Source of the DNA: Octopus sinensis
Taxonomy: Eukaryota
Length of the DNA stretch: 64,000 bases
Assembly: GCF_006345805.1 (NCBI RefSeq)
Contig: NC_043010.1
Coordinates: 25,916,001 to 25,980,000, forward strand
Direction of reading: 5' to 3'
Below are positions 10,521 to 22,610 of the stretch, piece after piece (position 1 is the stretch's first letter; each line of letters opens with the position of its first letter). The translations under genes and the position numbers were made by a program. The notes under the pieces are model-generated. The model did no database searches. It was not told the DNA's origin and saw only the letters and a list, made by a program, of their open reading frames with translations.

Positions 10521-11751
10521 CAGGGTCTTGCAGATAAACCGAGACCAATTTTAAGCAGTTGACTATTTCATTTTTTGACAGAACTTTGCTTGCTTGAAAA
10601 TTTAATCCTCTTCTTTATTTGTCAGGTAAATAGCGAAACTGATTTGGCAACAGGAAGTCATGGAACAACAGGATCATCATTGTTGTTTTGGCACGTGCTG
10701 AGCATACTGCCAATAAAATTGTTAAGTTGACAAAACTTCCAAAAGCAACAGTTTATCGTGTGTATAAACAGTTTAAAGAAGAGGGGAAGATTGATAGAAA
10801 AGAACACAAGACTTGAAATGACTCCAAGCACAATCCAAAGTTTCTTGTTGGCCTCAAACACTCAGTTGAAGCCAACCCATCCATGACAGCTCTTGCAAAA
10901 AATGCAATGTGTCAAATTCCACAGTGTCCAGAGCAGTGGACAGGAACTTTGGCATGACCAGCTATCACCTCCTAACAGCCAAAGCCAAAGCAATCAGAGC
11001 CGAGAGATACCCAAAGCTTCTGTCGTTCATCAAGCATCAAGATGCAGGAAAAACTTGTGTTTGTAGACAAGAAGTTCACTGAGGTGAATCACAGGAATTC
11101 TCAAGTGATTGCATACGACCCTTCTGACGACCCATCTGTGTTTGAGACTAAGAATCCTGCTTCTGTGATGGTATATGGAGCTGTGGCCAGTGATGGAAGT
11201 ATCAGGGATTCACACTTCATTGAGTCTGGTTTGAAGATCGGCACAAAGGAGCATCTGGACATCCTGAAGAACTCTCTGTTACGTTGGATGGAGCAGAAGT
11301 TTGGGCTTGACAATGTGGTGTTTATCTAGGATCCTGCACCATGCCATGGATCAAAAGCAACACAGGCCTTCTTTGGTAAGAAGGTGCTATTTTTTGTAAG
11401 GGCCAACATCTGGCCTAGTAATAGCCCAGATCTCATCCTTCTCAATTACTTTTTATGGGGCATACTTCAAGCAAAGACCAATACTTCACCACACTTGAGT
11501 ATCAACATTTTGAAGACGGCATCGTGTGTGCAACATGCAAAATCAAAAATGTGGAGGTCATGGCAGCTGCAAAAAAATTTCTGTCTTGTGTGGAGGCAGT
11601 AATTGTCCAAAACGGCAGCCATACTGAGTGATAAATGTTTTATTATAATAAATGTCACATTAAAATTATATCTGTCTAGTTCCATTATTTTAGTATTTAT
11701 AACCAGTTTTATGCATTGTAAAAATTGTCTCAATTTATCTGCAAGACCCTG
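10521..11751 (+). mobile_element. Decayed Tc1/mariner transposon, maT (DD37D) type
   Basis: ~30-bp TIRs cagggtcttgcagataaa; right-hand TA; HTH remnant ATVYRVYKQF; I*DPAPCH...WPSNSPDLILLNYFLWG with 37 residues between D2 and the mutated D3 (N). Many stops. Confidence 0.85.
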
Positions 11752-12050
11752 TATTGCAAGCATTCTAGTTACAACCTATAATCTCAGAACAAGTTGCTCT
11801 CCAAAGAGACTAAAAAGATTTGATTATGAATAAGAAATTAGAAGTACTGGAAAAGAGAGTTGAGATAAATGTTTGACCCTTTTGTTACGATATTTCTGTT
11901 GAAATATACTGGCTTTGTTTCAGTTAGTTTTAAAAATAACAAAGAATTTAATAAAATAACTTTGTCATTATTAAACTGTTGTTTCGAGCATAAATTAACA
12001 ATGGAACATAGATTAACATGAAAGACTTGATGGAAGATATTGATTTAGAC

Positions 12051-12382
12051 CAGCGGTTCTATGAACCCCTTTGATTACTATTATCCTCTGGTGGAACCCT
12101 ATAGTCAATCAGAACCTATTTTCATAGATACTCCTTTCAGAATTCCTGTTTTGGTTTTCACACATTCACTTACGTAAATTTGCAGCAACACTCACTAAGA
12201 GAACATGTTTCAGTCACCCGGAACATATTAAACTTAGCTGTTTCTCGCAATAAACACATCTGAAGGAAAATTTTTTCATAAACACTTGAAAAACTATTTT
12301 GCTCGTGTAGACACCCGCAAATCTTATATAGAGCCCCCACCCCCACCCCCCGGGTCACATGGACCCTGGTTGAGAATCACTG
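12051..12382. mobile_element. hAT (Charlie-like) MITE
   Basis: Ends cagcggttct / (rc) cagtgattct; 8-bp TSD atttagac / atttagat (7/8). Confidence 0.75.
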
Positions 12383-12465
12383 ATTTAGATCGTTTTAAAG
12401 CAAGAAGCTTTTATCATAGAATCAGGCAGGTTGGTATGAAAATGGTTAATGTAGTTAATACTCAC

Positions 12466-12556
12466 ATTTTCAGCATTCAGCTTCACACAATTAGTATAAT
12501 GTTCAGTTAGCTGAGACACACTGAGACCTTTCAAGGGATTGCTGCTGCTGGTATTT
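12466..12556 (-). CDS. NCAPH: NCAPH coding exon 2
   Basis: ttttttcaAG| acceptor and |GTGAGT donor; 91 nt. Its first base completes the phase-2 codon, then NTSSSNPLKGLSVSQLTEHYTNCVKLNAEN (kleisin N-terminal helix, cf. TQITEHYSTCIKLSTEN). Confidence 0.92.
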
Positions 12557-12762
12557 CTTGAAAAAATTTTTAAAAATGGAAATTACAACAAAATTATACA
12601 ATGACAGGAGTGAATTTGGCAGAGAACATCAAATTTAATAGAAATAAAATAAAATTTTGTCATGTCTGAAACAACACAAGGCCAACAATGAATGAGTACT
12701 TTATTATATATATATATATATATATACACACAAACACACACACATACATATATATACATATA

Positions 12763-12800
12763 CTAGCAGAGATACCCGGTGTTGCCTGTGTTACATGCAA
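12763..12800 (-). mobile_element. Helitron-like 3' terminus of a second family
   Basis: a-ctagcagagatacccggtgttgcc, like the 3467 and 22099 ends; extent of the element not resolved. Confidence 0.4.
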
Positions 12801-14029
12801 TTGAAGAATTAGACTTTTCTGTTATATTTTCTGTAATGAACTGGAATATCTATGTTTTGAATTTCATGCAAAAATTTTAATCATGCCACATGTATCCCAT
12901 ACTACTGATTTTTATGAGCATATTCCAAAATTCCAGTCTTATTGAACCTGTGAAAAGGATTTTGCTCCTGAAAAATGGAGGTCATGGAGCTCTAAAATGT
13001 GAGAGTTAAGGCCTCTGTTGGTGGTGGGTGTCTTAATGTCAAGCAGAGAAGTTGAATTGTTGAGAATCTTTTTACCTTAGGTCTTATATCTATTGTTTGA
13101 ATTTCTTTGAAATAGGAAATATATGTTCACTGGGTTTGTAAAAGAGAGCAAAGCTACAGGAAACCAAAAGACGAATGATCACAATAAGCAGTCAGCTACA
13201 GTACCCTAGTCGTTACCACTCCCAATGTAGTATTCCTCACCATGCAGGTGACAGGCACAGCTGTAAGATGCATTACAAATCTATAGCAATTGGAAGGGCA
13301 TGACCCAACTGAAATAAACATTAACAACTGTGTGACATGAGGGCTAAGGAGAAATGAAAGTTGGAGTTTGCAAATGACCACTATACTGATACATAACTGG
13401 ACAGAATAAATTTACAATCTATAAATGTCTTTGAATAACCAGTCACTCATCTGGGAAGGCCTTGAAATCAATGTTACCATCTGGGGACTATGTGTGACCC
13501 AGTGATAATAAAAAAACTTAAAGGAGGTTTGCAATCAAATAACTTTACTCAACACTTTGCAACTAAATCAGTGGAAGCAAAGATGCTTCTCATTTACTTG
13601 GCAATTTATGCACCACATTGCAGAAATCACAATGTAAGTGCATGTCAAAGCAAACTGTTACACTGTTGTACCATTGAATTACAAATAATGCTCATCTTTT
13701 ATGCTCGGGTAACCCTACAGCTTCCAAGAGCACAACTGTATTCGTTTTTGCTTAGATAAAATGACAAAATTGTGGGTGTTAAGTCCTCATGGAGAGGTCT
13801 TTCTAACTTGTAAGAAGATGAAATTTTATAAATATTACTTCATTTGTGTTTAATATCTATGGTTAAAATTTCATCAACAGCAAAAATATATGAATTGTCA
13901 TGGGGGTTATGGCCCTTATGCATAGAATATAATTTCCAAATTTCATAAAGATCCATTCAGTACTTTTGACCTAGTTTTGGATCATTAAAAAATGACTAAA
14001 ATTTGGGAGTTAAGGCCCCCATTAGGGTG

Positions 14030-14262
<233 letters not shown>

Positions 14263-14339
14263 ACATAGAAAGATAAATTGATAGATACAACTGAGTGGGC
14301 AAACGAAAAAATTTGAGACACTGCCTAGTGGGTTTTTTT

Positions 14340-14650
14340 TTAATTTTGATAAGCCTGGTACTTATTCTATCAGTTTCTTCTAGTGAAACCAGTAAGTTAT
14401 GAAGATGTAAATAAATGAACATCAGTTGTGAGGCAGTGATGAGGGAGAAACAGAAAGACACACACATAGACTTACATATATGTATATACAATTGATTTCT
14501 TTCAGTTTCTGTCTACAAAATCCACTGACAAGGCTTTGGTTGGTCTGAGGCTATAGCAGAAGATACATGCCAAGTTACCACATAGTGGGACTGAACTGAG
14601 GACCATGTGTTTTGGAACCAAGTTTGTTACCACACAGCCACACCTGCACC
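14340..14650 (-). mobile_element. Octopus-type SINE, diverged
   Basis: Reverse complement of the 7388 family (gggactgaac...accacacagccac). Confidence 0.75.
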
Positions 14651-14767
14651 TATGTATGTGTGTGGGTGGGTGGGTGTGTGGATGTGTGTGTATGGGTGTA
14701 TATATGTTTGCATGTATATATGTGTATTATATGCGTACATATTACATGCACATCTATATATATATAT

Positions 14768-17068
14768 ACAGCAGGGAATTGTATCAGACTGCCAAAAGAG
14801 AAGCTAAGAGACAGGTTTATTTAGCCAGAGGGGAAGCAGATAAGAAAAAATTTGCCAATGTTCTGCGCCGTGAGGACCAAAGACTGGAGGTGTTTCGCGT
14901 TGCAAGACAGTGTGTGAGAGAGAATCGTGATGTGGTAGGAGTGAAGTGTGTTCGCATGGATGATGGTTCACTTGCGCTAAATGAGGATGCAAAGAGAGAG
15001 GTTTGGAGACGCCACTATGAAAGGTTGCTGAATAAAGAAAATGAATGGGATAAAGAGAGTCTGCCGAATGTTGACCCAACAGAGGGACCAGCTATCAAAG
15101 TTGATAGTTCCTTGGTAGTTAAGGCAATTAGAAGCATGAAGACAGGGAAAGCCCCGGGCCCATCAGGTATCACTGCAGAGATGCTCAAAATATCTGGTAC
15201 TGTCGGCTATAGCCTAGTCACCCGTATAGTTAATCAGGTGATACACGAAGGAGTCATACCCAATGACTGGTGTAGCAACATAATAGTCAACTGCTACAAA
15301 GGTAAAGGTGACGCCCTAGATACAAATAATTACAGAGGTATCAAGCTGTTGGATCAAGTGATGAAGGTTACGGAGAGGGTCATAGCCCAACTAATTAGAG
15401 AGAGAGCTAGTTTAGATGAGATGCAGTTTGGGTTTGTGCCAGAGAAAAGTACCACTGATGCTATATTCTTGGTAAGGCAGCTGCAGGAGAAATACCTAGC
15501 CAAAGATAAGCCCCTGTACCTGGCTTTTGTTGACATGGAGAAAGCCTTCGACAGGGTCCACCGATCCCTTATCTGGTGGTCAATGAGGAAACTAGGGATA
15601 GATGAATGGTTAGTGAGAGCTGTGCGAGCCATGTACAGGGACGCTGCTAGTAAGGTGAGGGTTGACAACGAGTACAGTGAAGAATTCCGGGTAGAGGTAG
15701 GGGTCCACCAAGGCTCAGTCCTCAGCCCCCTCCTATTTATCATAGTCCTCCAGACAATAACAGAGGAATTCAAGACAGGATGCCCTTGGGAGCTCCTCTA
15801 TGCTGATGACCTTGCTCTAATTGCTGAGTCACTATCAGAACTGGAGAAGTTTCAGGTGTGGAAATAAGGATTAGAATCGAAGGGCCTTAGAGTCAATCTG
15901 GCTAAAGTCGTAATCAGTAGGAAGGTAGACAAATCACAAACGCCTTCAGGTAGATGGCCCTGCTCAATCTGTAGAAAAGGTGTAGGTAGAAACTCTATAA
16001 GATGCACCAAGTGTAAGCTATGGACACATAAGAGGTGCAGCAATGTCAAAGGAAGGCTAACTAGGAAGATGGTTTTTGTATGTGGCAGATGCTCAGGAAC
16101 AATAAACACTGAAAATGCTCTGAGACCAACTTCCGTCACTTTCCAGGGAGAAAAACTAGAAATAGTTGATAGTTTCGTTACCTAGGTGACCAAGTCAGCA
16201 GCGGGGGCTGGTGTGCTGAAAGTGTAACTGCTAGAGTAAGAATAGCTTGGGCAAAGTTCAGAGAGCTCTTACCCCTGCTGGTGACAAAAGGCCTCTCGCT
16301 CAGAGTAAAAGACAGACTGTATGATGCATGTGTACGAACAGCCATGCTACATGGTAGTGAAACATGGGCTGTGACTGCTGAAGATATGCGTAAGCTCACA
16401 AGAAATGAAGCCATGATGCTCCGATGGATGTGTAATGTCAGTGTTCATACTCGACAGTGTGTAAGTACCTTGAGAGAAAAGTTGGACCTAAGAAGCATCA
16501 GTTGTGGTGTGCAAGAGAGACGTTTGCGCTGGTATGGTCATGTGACGAGAATGGCTGAAAATAGTTGTGTGAAAAAGTGCCACACCCTAGCGGTTGAGGG
16601 AACCTGTGGAAGAGGTAGACCCAGGAAAACCTGGCACGAGGTGGTGAAGCACGACTTCCGAACTTTAGGTCTCTCCGAGGAAATGACTAGAGACTGAGAC
16701 CTATGGAAGTATGCTGTGCGTGAGAAGACCCGGCAGGACAAGTGAGACCATAACCCATGGCCTTCTACCTGGGATGTAGCCAGTCCACTTATGCATACCT
16801 TTCCTTCTTGGGACACAAAACTCTACTTGTGAAAACCTGTTGAGGCAAGTGGAAATCGAAATCGAAATCATTCAACATCAATGGGAATTGTAGCTGTGAT
16901 ACCAGTGCCGGTGGCATGTAAGAGAACCATCCGAACGTGGATGTTGCCAGCGCTGCCCCGACTGGCCTCCGTGCCGGTGGCACGTAAAAGGCACCATCCG
17001 ATCGTGGCCGTTTGCCAGCCTCATCTGGCACCTGTGCAGGTGGCACGTAAGAAGCACCCACTACACTC
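14768..17068 (+). mobile_element. RTE-clade LINE, 5'-truncated, disabled
   Basis: RT motifs KAPGPSG, YRGIKLL, QFGF, FVDMEKAFD, GVHQGSVLSP, YADD; stop at 15865; C4HC3 finger ~15958-16092; frameshift ~16175; 3' hairpin repeats 16900-17060. Confidence 0.93.
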
Positions 17069-19817
17069 CAGCAGTAAAGGACTCGGAAATCCACCTACAG
17101 GGCTACGCCCTCTTCAGATGTGACAGAGAAAAAAGGCGAGGTGGAGGTGTTGCTGTGTATGTTAAATCTGATCTCAAACTGTCCAGCGGTATTCTACCCA
17201 CTAATGCACAACCTACAACAAAATTCGATGCCGTCTACTGCAGGCTGAGCCTATCCGGGTTTTGCCTGCCCGTGTTAGCTGTCTACAGGCCGCCTCTTGC
17301 CGACCCCCAGGATGATGCTCATTTACTCGAAGCGATAAGACTCGTTTCAGTTTCTCATGACTGTTTGATATTAGGAGACTTCAACGCTCCCACGATCGAC
17401 TGGCCCACATCAATTTGTACATCATCTTCCCAGTTCGGCCAGACCCTTCTTGACATGGCTGAAGATTGTTTTCTATCGCAACATGTCGAATATCCGACAA
17501 GGCATCGGTCTGGGCAGCAGCCATCTATGCTGGATCTGGTATTCTCCCGCTATCCAAGATCAGTGTCAGGCTTATCTGTGTGCGCCCCTCTTGCCAAGAG
17601 TGATCATGTGGTCCTGAAGTTCGTCATGTACACAACAATTTCTACGCCCACGACTACTTCGCTGCCACGTAGAGTCTTCTCTGCAATTAATCTTGAAATT
17701 CTAACCGAGGCTTCTGCACTTCTGGACTGGCAATCCCTGATGATGATGTCGTCAGTTGGCAAACTATAGTCGTCCCTCAAAGCATATGTAATCTGGTTGA
17801 CTGACCAAGTAGTTCCCATTGGGTTCCCAAGAAGAAGAAACACAAGCCCTGGGTGACGAAGAAGGTTAAACGAGAACTTCGACTAAAAGATATTGCTTGG
17901 GCTGAATTCAAAAATCTAGATTCGACTGCAGCTTTTGAGGTGTACAAAACTCAACGAGACCGAACCGTGAAAGTTGAAAAAGAAGAACACCTCAGATATG
18001 AATACAGAATCGCAGCAAATGCCAGTCGCAATCCAAAAACCTTCTTTGCCCATGTCCAACGGAATTCCCGCTTGAACAACCAAATTGCAACGTTGGTAGA
18101 CTCAACAGGTGTATCGATTGAGGACCCTTATCAACAGAGTCATTTATTTGCCGAGGCTTTTTCAACTATTTTCAAACAAGATGATGGTTGTGAACCTCCT
18201 CCATTTGATAGATCGGTACCTCCAATACTTAGATTGGTCATCACGTGGGACGAAGTCGAAGGCGTTATTCAAGGCCTCGATGTCAACAAGGGTCACGGCC
18301 CTGATGGCATACACCCATGGGTTATCAAAGCGTTGGCTCCGGTCATCTGCGAGCCTTTAACACGTCTATTCAATATGTTATTGGCGACGGGTGTTATACC
18401 TGCGGACTAGAGAACAGCGATAATCTGCCCAATTTTCAAGAAAGGGAGCCGCGAAGACCCGCTTAACTACCGACCGGTTTCACTTACTTCGATAATCAGC
18501 AAGATGTTCAAAACCATCCTTAAGAAAAGTATGATGCTCCACCTCCAAAACACAGCCTCTATCTCCGATTCCCAACACAGCTTCGTGCCGAAGAGATTAT
18601 GCTTGACCAACTTACTGGTAATGGAAGAATCGGTGATGCGCATCCTCGATGATGGTGATGCTGTTGACATCATTTTATTGGACTTTGCTAAAGCTTTTGA
18701 CTCGGTAAACCAACGCCTATTACTTGTCAAGCTTCAAGCATATAGTTTCCATCCGGATATTGTACGATGGGTTGGTGCCTTCCTCTCAGATCGCTCCTTC
18801 CAAGTCCAAGTTAATGGTTCGCTGTCCGACGTCTCCAGTGCGAGCAGTGGCGTTCCTCAAGGTTCAGTGCTTGGGCCCTTATTGTTCTTAGTCTTCATAA
18901 ATGACTTGCCCAACAACCTCACGCAACACACTCTTCTATTTGCCGATGATGTCAAACTGGTTGCTCCTCGCAGTGATATAGAGGATCTCCGTCGATGCCT
19001 CCACCGAATTTGGAGATGGTCTAACGAATGGGACCTGTGTCTGAACGTGTCAAAGTGCTGTCATCTGCCTGTTGGCTATCCTCCTGCAACTCAACTTGAT
19101 TTCAAGCCGGGTCGTCTACAGCTGGAGAGGACTAACTAGGTAAAGGACCTTGGTATCTTGGTGGATTCTTCCTTTTCGCCTTCGGCCCAGTGCGTCCATG
19201 CTGCCAACAAAGCACGCGGAGTTCTGTTCTTGATTCGACAGTCATTCAGAATGCTCACAGCAGCTATATTCCTACCACTCTATGTCATGCTGGTGAGACC
19301 CATATTGGAGCACGGGATTCAAGCCTCTTCTCCTTATCTCCTCAAAGACATACAGCACCTCGAAAGAGTCCAGAGATTGGCTACCTGCATGGTTCTTGGT
19401 CTCAAGCATTTGTCATATGAAGAAAGGCTGAAGACGCTCGACCTTTATTCTCTAGAAAAACAACGACGCCGTGGTGATCTCATTCTTGCTCACAACATCA
19501 TAAGCAGAGTTTAACCTCTCGAAAGAGCTGTTCTTCACTCCTGCCCCAGAGCATCGGCTGCGGGGTCACTCCGAAAAGCTCTATCTGCGACGATTTCATC
19601 TCAATCGAAGGAGAGGTGCTTTCTCCGTCTGGGTTGCGGATCCGTGGAATAGGCTGCCAGACGAGATAGTGAAGATGCCGATGACCGCTCGGTTCAAAGT
19701 CACCCTTGACCACAAGTGGCCTGAACTCTATACATGAACACCACCCTGTACATAACTCCATGTCCCCCTACATGGCCTTGCTTTTTGCTTTTTGAGCCAA
19801 AAAATTAACTAACTAAC
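17069..19817 (+). mobile_element. CR1-clade LINE ORF2 (APE + RT), 5'-truncated, disabled
   Basis: DR..RGGGVAVYV, LGDFNAP, LDLVF, SDH; NYRPVSLTS, DFAKAFDSV, GVPQGSVLGPLLF, FADD; TAG at 17767, 18408 and 19137; (TAAC)n tail. Confidence 0.93.
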
Positions 19818-20690
19818 AAACATCTCTCTTGCACACCACAACTGATGCTTCTTAGGTCCAACTTTTCTCTGAAAGTACTTACACACTGTCAAGTATGAAC
19901 ACTGACATTACACATCTATCGGAGCATACTGGGTGTGGCACTTTTTCACACAACTATTTTCAGCCATTCTCGTCACATGACCATACCAGCGCAAACGTCT
20001 CTCTTGCACACCACAACTGATGCTTCTTAGGTCCAACTTTTCTCTCAAGGTACTTACACACTGTCGAGTATGAACACTGACATTACACATCCATCGGAGC
20101 ATCATGGCTTCATTTCTTGTGAGCTTACGCATATCTTCAGCAGTCACAGCCCATGTTTCACTACCATGTAGCATGGCTGTTCGTACACATGCATCATACA
20201 GTCTGTCTTTTACTCTGAGCGAGAGGCCTTTTGTCACCAGCAGGGGTAAGAGCTCTCTGAACTTTGCCCAAGCTATTCTTACTCTAGCAGTTACACTTTC
20301 AGCACACCAGCCCCCGCTGCTGACTTGGTCACCTAGGTAACGAAACTATCAACTATTTCTAGTTTTTCTCCCTGGAAAGTGACGGAAGTTGGTTTCTGAG
20401 CATTTTCAGTGTTTATTGCTCCTGAGCATCTGCCACATACAAAAACCATCTTCCTAGTTAGCCTTCCTTTGACATTGCTGCACCTCTTATGTGTCCATAG
20501 CTTACACTTGGTGCATCTTATAGAGTTTCTACCTACACCTTTTCTACAGATCGAGCAGGGCCATCTACCTGAAGGCGTTTGTGATTTGTCTACCTTCCTA
20601 CTGATTACGACTTTGGTTTTAGCCAGATTGACTCTAAGGCCCTTCGATTCTAATCCTTATTTCCACACCTGAAACTTCTCCTCCAGTTCT
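19818..20690 (-). repeat. Inverted near-identical duplicate of RTE segment 15838-16587, plus a ~110-bp extra copy
   Basis: The minus ORF 20237 matches plus ORF 16281 residue for residue up to CHT; it shares the same stop and frameshift. Confidence 0.92.
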
Positions 20691-21910
20691 ATATATTTAC
20701 TATATTAGGTTTATCTTTGTGCTCTTCTTAATTTGTATTCCATTTTATTTATCTATTACATGGATATATATATATTTATATTTATTTATTTAATTATTTA
20801 TTTTTGTTTATTTGGTGCTTATCAACTTATAATTTAATTTATAATTAATGAACTTATATCTAAATTAATAGTAACTTCTGTTTACTTTATGTGTATGTAT
20901 ATATACGTCTTTGGATGGGCAGACATATATTTAATTTATGATTTAGTGGATGTGGGTTGAGGTGTCGAGGTGTGTGAAAATGTGTATGTGTATGTATGTA
21001 TGTTTTTGTAAGTATAGGTATGTTCGTGGGTGGATGTACGGATGTATGTTTTTCCTTATACATATGAGTACGCAGGTGCGTATTTGGATATGTATATATG
21101 TATATGCGAATATTTATTCATGGGTGAATATAAGTATAGGTTTTATTTGTGCGTATGTGTGCGCAGATATATATTTAAATATGTATATATGTGTGTGCGA
21201 ATGTTCCCTGACACAGTATATGAGAGTGTATTAATATTTATGGGTATATGCGGATGTGCGTGTGAGTGTGTGTGTTAGTGTATAGACACTGCTGCCTGTA
21301 CTGATTTGTTTATAAGCCATGCAATGACAGACATGCACTCTGCAATTTAGTGAATGTGTAGGGATGTGTCGGGGTGTATTCATGTGTGTGTGCATGTGTG
21401 TGTGAGTTTTTGTGTGGACATGTGGGTTTAGGGTTGGATGTGGATGTTTTTCTTGTGCGGTGTGGTGGAGGTCGGGCAGCTCTCAGCGGACCAACCGTGA
21501 AGAAGACAATGATAATTTAAATTCAAACCCAATAGTGTATTTATGTCATAAGGAAAATTACTAACTGGAACCCGGACATACATATGTGCCATTTTGGATC
21601 CTAATGTAAGCGTTATTAATAATATTATGAATGATAATAATGGTAGCACTAATGGTATTGACAACGATAATGATGCTAACTTCAATGACACTTTGGAAAT
21701 TAGTAGAAAGTAATATAATGTACTATTGACTATGTATATTTGCATCTAGATACTAATATGTGTATGTTTATTAACACAATATTAAGTTGAAAACTGAAAC
21801 ATTGAATGTGGAACGTATATATGTTTACTAATTTATATTATTTATTTACATCATTATGTATATTTTTATATGTATAGGAGTGTGAGTATATGCACTCATA
21901 TGTATATGTA

Positions 21911-22024
21911 TATCTCCGAAGAGGGCTTATGATATCTTTGTAAATGTCTCATTTATATCTATATAAGGCTAATATTGGTAAAATGAGACATACTTATCTA
22001 CATGGCCGAAACAGCTGTAAGATG
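21911..22024 (+). ncRNA. Hammerhead motif in upstream pLTR (U4C variant, expanded loop II)
   Basis: tatct-CCGAAGA-gggc...ggcc-GAAAC-agct-GT-A-agatg; palindromic ACAGCTGT stem III; internal hairpin atgtctcattt/aaatgagacat. Confidence 0.65.
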
Positions 22025-22098
22025 TAATCTATACTTATATTTATATTTACTTATATTTATATTCTCTTTTTTATATACATTCTACTAATTATACAACA

Positions 22099-22610
22099 CT
22101 AGCAGTATCGCCCGGCGTTGCTCGGGTTTGTAAGGGAAATAACTATATAAGCATTTTTAGAGAGTTATTTCCCTTATAGATGCCAATTCGGGCTTTCTTA
22201 GCCATTTCTGTTTTGGTGTCTTCAAGTCATGAAGTTGTTGTTCTAAAAGAACGCTGGTCTCCTTGACAACGCTTTACGACGTTGATTTCCTTACACTCCC
22301 TTCCCCACAACTTCACGAGGGAGGGAAGAAGGGGAGAAGCAAACAGGTGCAGGTGTGACCATGGACGCCAACTCCGCCGCCATCGACACACGAAAAATTA
22401 TGCATTAAAATGGAATAAAAAATGATGTTAAATTATTTTTAAAATCGTAGACTCATCGTAGACGCGCGCTAATACTCAGACGGGCTCAATACGAATCATG
22501 ACTATAAGATACCCGAATTTGGTTAAACTGCACCGCAAAATGTGGGAGTAGTTAGGAATCTAAATCGAAGGGGACAGACACTCACACAACTACAGTTTTA
22601 TATATATAGA
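22099..22610 (-). mobile_element. Non-autonomous Helitron-like element (512 bp)
   Basis: 5' TC at 22610, 3' hairpin plus CTAG at 22099, A|T target; homologous to 3467-6224. Confidence 0.85.
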
